Shown piece after piece: positions 58,381 to 64,000 of a DNA stretch of 64,000 nucleotides. The position numbers were made by a program, and so were the translations under genes. Under the pieces are notes generated by a model. The model was not told the DNA's origin. It saw nothing but the letters and a program-made list of their open reading frames with translations, and did no database searches. Location of the stretch: NCBI GenBank assembly GCA_964016885.1, contig OZ024757.1, forward strand, positions 39,184,001-39,248,000, in the 5' to 3' direction. The stretch is from Eledone cirrhosa. Its lineage: Eukaryota. Within the stretch, counting starts at the first letter, position 1; every line of letters begins with the position of its first letter.

Positions 58381-58487
58381 AAAATGTTCAAGACATCGAC
58401 GGCAGAGCTCAAGCCGTTTCGACGGCTATTTCTGGACGTAAATAGCCGTCGAAACGGCTTGAGCTCTGTCGTCGATGTCTTGAACAT

Positions 58488-58492
<5 letters not shown>
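58377..58492. repeat. Family A reduced to a pure ~115-bp palindrome inside a (TA)n tract
   Basis: gaaaatgttcaagacatcgacggcagagctcaagccgtttcgacggctattt-loop-aaatagccgtcgaaacggcttgagctctgtcgtcgatgtcttgaacattttc. Confidence 0.9.
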
Positions 58493-58540
<48 letters not shown>

Positions 58541-59561
58541 CGTATGGGTTAGTTTTTAGAGTGATGGGCTTGCAATCGGTAGATTAGAAGTTCGATTGCT
58601 GTATCGGCCATTGCCTTTCCCTTGTACAACAACGGTGGGAATTTGAACTCGGAGCGTTAAAAACCGTAACTGTATGTTGTATAAACCATGTTGTCATGTC
58701 TTACGCTCCACCGAGACTGCCAATCCAACACCATTTTGAACGGCATTCGATCTAGGAATCTACGTGTTGGAAAGTGAATGTTTCAGAATTCATTATGATT
58801 TTACAAGGCAGCACGTTCTCACTTAACTCTCACCCTTTCATCTTGCGGTTGATGAATCAATGGTTTATAACTTCCGTCTGGTTGATTGATATTTATAGAA
58901 ACACTGAAGAGAAGATTGTAATTTTTCATTTTATTTCATTTTGTTTCATTATGAAACTATAAAAGAATTTTTTTTTTATTTTGGTTTACTGAGACATTCA
59001 TGAATTTATCTCCTACGAATCACTCATATAGGAAAAGATGACATATTATTTCGATATATCATAAATCACAATATTTATCATTTTCCAATCATCTTAAAAT
59101 ATACCCACTTATCGGGACAATATAATTATATTTTCCATATAACAAATTGCTTCTTATCACTAATGAAATACTTCGTTCATTTTATTTTCGTTCAAAGTCA
59201 AGCTTTTTAAAAACGAAACCATCAGCTTTATTAGTCAACTAAAATATCTAAACGTTGAAATTTCTTAAAATGGTGCGATAGTTATTTTAAACATCGACAG
59301 CTGCTCTTTGTCTTCCCATCAACGTCTAGTATTTGTCATTGAACATATATTTACTTATATAAATTGCTTCCTTAATAAATTAAATTCTCGTAATCAGACA
59401 GTAAACTTTACACGTAATTCCTGTTTGTGTTCTCATCTCACGCTCACACTCTCTATTTTTCTTTGTGTATATATATAGAGAGAGAGAGGCGTACACACAC
59501 ATATGTGCAGATACACCCGTATATACACATTTATATACATAGGTATATACACATTTCTGTA

Positions 59562-60560
<999 letters not shown>

Positions 60561-60562
60561 AA

Positions 60563-61304
60563 ACAAACATAAATTATCGAGAATCGCATTTCGGCCCACG
60601 AAATAACGAAAAACAACCTGCGAGATGTGTGGCAAGTGCTCAATGATTCAGATGAACCAGAGCTATAACAAACGTTAAAGGCCAAACACACTGAGACGAT
60701 GGTTAAACAATCATTCGCATAGCCCAAAAAACGATCAAGTAATTCGGGTATTGAAAATTTACCCGGACCCCTGGCTGGAAGGTTGGTAAAGTCCAGTATT
60801 TGGGTTTCTGCGGTTCCTAAATCAAGTACTGTCCGCCTACATAAATAATGTTAGGCTTCTGGTAAGATGATTGAACAAGGAAGCCACTTTCTCAACAGGT
60901 TTTAGTTCAATGTTAATACAAGGACTGACTATTGCTGACCCCACGTGGGGATCGGCAAGGGAGGTAACTCCTATATCAGGCGAATGAATTCAGTTGTGTA
61001 TATTTTTGCAAGAATGCAAAAAGATCACAAATCGAATAGAGTTCTCAACAGAAGGGTTAAAAATAACATAAGCTATTATGTCAATAGAATCAACTAAAAA
61101 CATCAAGAAAATTAACTGGTCAATAGCTAGAGTCTGGAGATTAATACAAACATAAATTATCGAGAATCGCATTTCGGCCCACGAAATAACGAAAAACAAC
61201 CTCCGAGATGTGTGGCAAGTGCTCAATGATTCAGATGAACCAGAGCTATAACAAACGTTAAAGGCCAAACATACTGAGACGATGGTTAAACAATCATTCG
61301 CATA
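60563..61304. mobile_element. 742-bp element with 159-bp direct terminal repeats inside a TA-based array
   Basis: 60563-60721 and 61146-61304 differ at two positions by eye; the 424-bp interior has no recognisable ORF. Confidence 0.8.
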
Positions 61305-61916
<612 letters not shown>

Positions 61917-62256
61917 ATAGTTATGTAATAAACAACATAAGGCAATTATTCCATTTACCAGTGGTTTCTTAAAAGCAAAAAAAATTGCTTTCTATCCTCA
62001 GAATGAAAAAATCCTGGTCTGTTTATTGAATTTGGATTTTAAAAACAAAAATCAAAAGATTTTTGTTTTTAAAATCCAAATTCAATAAACAGACCAGGAT
62101 TTTTTCATTCTGGGGATAGAAAGCAAATTTTTTGCTTTTAAGAAACCACTGGTAAATGGAATAATTGCCTTATGTTGTTTATTACATAACTATTAAGCTC
62201 TGTTACCTACATAGAGCACTCTTTTTTCCTGGACTTTTCTGACGGAATTACTTCAT
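61917..62256 (+). mobile_element. Family G fold-back element: ~275-bp near-perfect palindrome plus unique tail related to family D
   Basis: 61917-62053 versus 62058-62193 with loop aaaa. The tail agctctgt.ac.tacatagagcactctt is shared with ~17156-17183. Flanked by TA repeats. Confidence 0.85.
61949..62008 (-). ncRNA. Type-I hammerhead ribozyme motif (family G)
   Basis: Minus strand: TTTCATT-CTGAGGA-TAGAAAGCAA tttttt TTGCTTTTAA-GAAA-CC act GG-TA^AATGGAA: 7-bp stem I, long stem II, GUA site. Confidence 0.8.
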
Positions 62257-62291
62257 TTAGATATATATATATACAGAAATATATATATATA

Positions 62292-62329
<38 letters not shown>

Positions 62330-62584
62330 GTTTGTGTGTGTATGTGTGTGTCCGCATATCTATATATGTTTGTGTGTATAGATATATATATGTGTGTTTG
62401 TATTGCTGTATATATATATATTTGTGTATGTGTGTATGTATATATGTATACATTTGTTTGTGTGCATGTAAATATGTTTGTGTGTGTATATACATATATG
62501 TTTGCCTGTGTGTATATACATATATGTTTGCCTGTGTGTATATACATATATGTTTGCCTGTGTGCATATACATATATGTTTGCG

Positions 62585-62630
<46 letters not shown>

Positions 62631-63349
62631 TGTGTGTATGTATATGTGTGTGTGTGTGTGTGTATGTATATGTGTGTGTGTGTGTGTGTATGTATATGTA
62701 TGTGTGTATGTGTATGTACATATATGTTTGCCTGTGTGCATATACGTATATGTTTGCCTGCGTGCATATTTATATATGTTTGTGTGTATACATATGTGCG
62801 TATCTTCATAAACATTTGCCGCCACACACAGACCGCCATTTAATAGAAAGAGAATGTTCCTCCATTGAAGATACTGTCAAACGGATCTCACATTGTGGCA
62901 ACTCTATCAATGTTGATTCACCCGTAACTAATACGTTGACTACCTACAGTTAACACCCCTACCTTTCATAATGAGCTGGTCTGGTTATTGCCAAAAGCTT
63001 AGACCATTCATTTCTGATAACCACCTCCTCTTCCTCCATATTCTTCTTCTTCTTTGCTTTCTACTTCTTCTTCTTTGCTTTCTACTTCTTCTTTGCTTTC
63101 TTCTTCTTCTTCGCTTTCTACATATTCTTTGCTTTCTTCCTCTTCTTCTTTGTTTTCTTATTATTATTATTTGCTTTCTACTTTTTCTTTGCTTTCTTCT
63201 TCTCTGCTTTCTTCTTCTTTGCTTTCTTTTACTTCTTTGCTTTCTTCTTCTTTTATTTCTTTGCTTTCTTCTTCTTTTACTTCTTTGCTTTCTTCTTCTA
63301 CTTTGCTTCCTTCCTCTTCTTCTTCTTCTTCTTCGTCTCCTCCTCCTTT

Positions 63350-63539
63350 TTCGGCCACTTATTCCTGAGATGGTCGGGGAGGCAGAGTCTCCAAACAGTC
63401 CTTCCACCGGATCCTGTAAGAAGCAACCATATCCACCCTATCCGGCTGGATCCCATAATAGAGACCAGTCAAGCTCACGGATGTTAACAAACCATCCTGC
63501 TCGGAGTCTACCTCGGCGTCTACTCTTGGCTCCTCTCGG
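63350..63539 (-). pseudogene. 3' fragment of an RTE-clade (Rex3/Expander-like) LINE
   Basis: Frameshifted PRGAKSRRRGRLRAGW..IREL / GIQPDRVDMVASYRIRWKDCLETLPPRPSQE*, followed by a (GAA)n-type tail (63030-63350). Confidence 0.72.
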
Positions 63540-64000
63540 TTGGTAGTATATAATGTAGGAAATGATATGTTTAAGAAGGCTAAGACAATGAGAAGTTCAT
63601 GGTAAAATAAATAAACAAAAAAGTTTGATTTTTTTTTTTGGGGGGGGGGGTATTTATTATCTTTCTATTTTTTTCTTACTAATATTTTGGACTTAAAGAC
63701 CCCTTCTCAAAGTTGGGGAACTTTCAGAGCAAAACGTTCCGGTCTTATCACTTTGAAATTTGATTTAAATTTATATGAAATATCCATAATATAATGTATA
63801 GAAATAAACACAGAAAAACGTACGTTTAAAATTACAAGGGCTGAAAAAATATAAATATTATATATATAAAATATACATATAAAGTTCTACAAATATATCA
63901 TAAAAGGCATATGTTGCACATATGTACACTTGTTTTTTCACACCCTTTCTCCCCATCTTACTGGCATGAAATTATATTGCTTAAGGCCTTTTTAACTGAA

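Noticed and set aside
60930-60995. HDV-like or twister ribozyme, or SECIS element, in the direct-repeat element
   Set aside because: Only simple hairpins could be formed; the required pseudoknot pairings or SECIS helix were not found by eye.
62971-63546. Leu/Phe/Cys-rich, protamine-like and Glu/Lys-rich ORFs
   Set aside because: Different frames of a degenerate (GAA)n tract at the 3' tail of an RTE fragment.

Overview
AT-rich, microsatellite-dense animal genomic DNA. The SINE repertoire and (TA)n/(CA)n density suggest a cephalopod, probably Octopus (inference). The window lies almost entirely within one + strand gene, a kainate-type ionotropic glutamate receptor. Two in-phase amino-terminal-domain exons (1722-1883 and 45954-46208) are separated by a 44,070-bp GT-AG intron; the flanking exons are not visible. 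Nearly all ORFs in the supplied track are microsatellite artefacts. The introns contain two tRNA-derived SINE types, 3' fragments of RTE, CRE-like and R4/Dong-like LINEs, and hAT and piggyBac-type MITEs. The main discovery is at least eight short element families (labelled A-H here) embedded in (TA)n tracts and often present as fold-back palindromes. Seven carry type-I hammerhead ribozyme (HHR) folds and family A keeps only the 3' half. They include a U3:A8 compensated core and a recurrent CAGAAGA core variant. They most likely derive from terminal repeats of Penelope-like elements (PLEs). All folds were read by eye and none was computed or tested.
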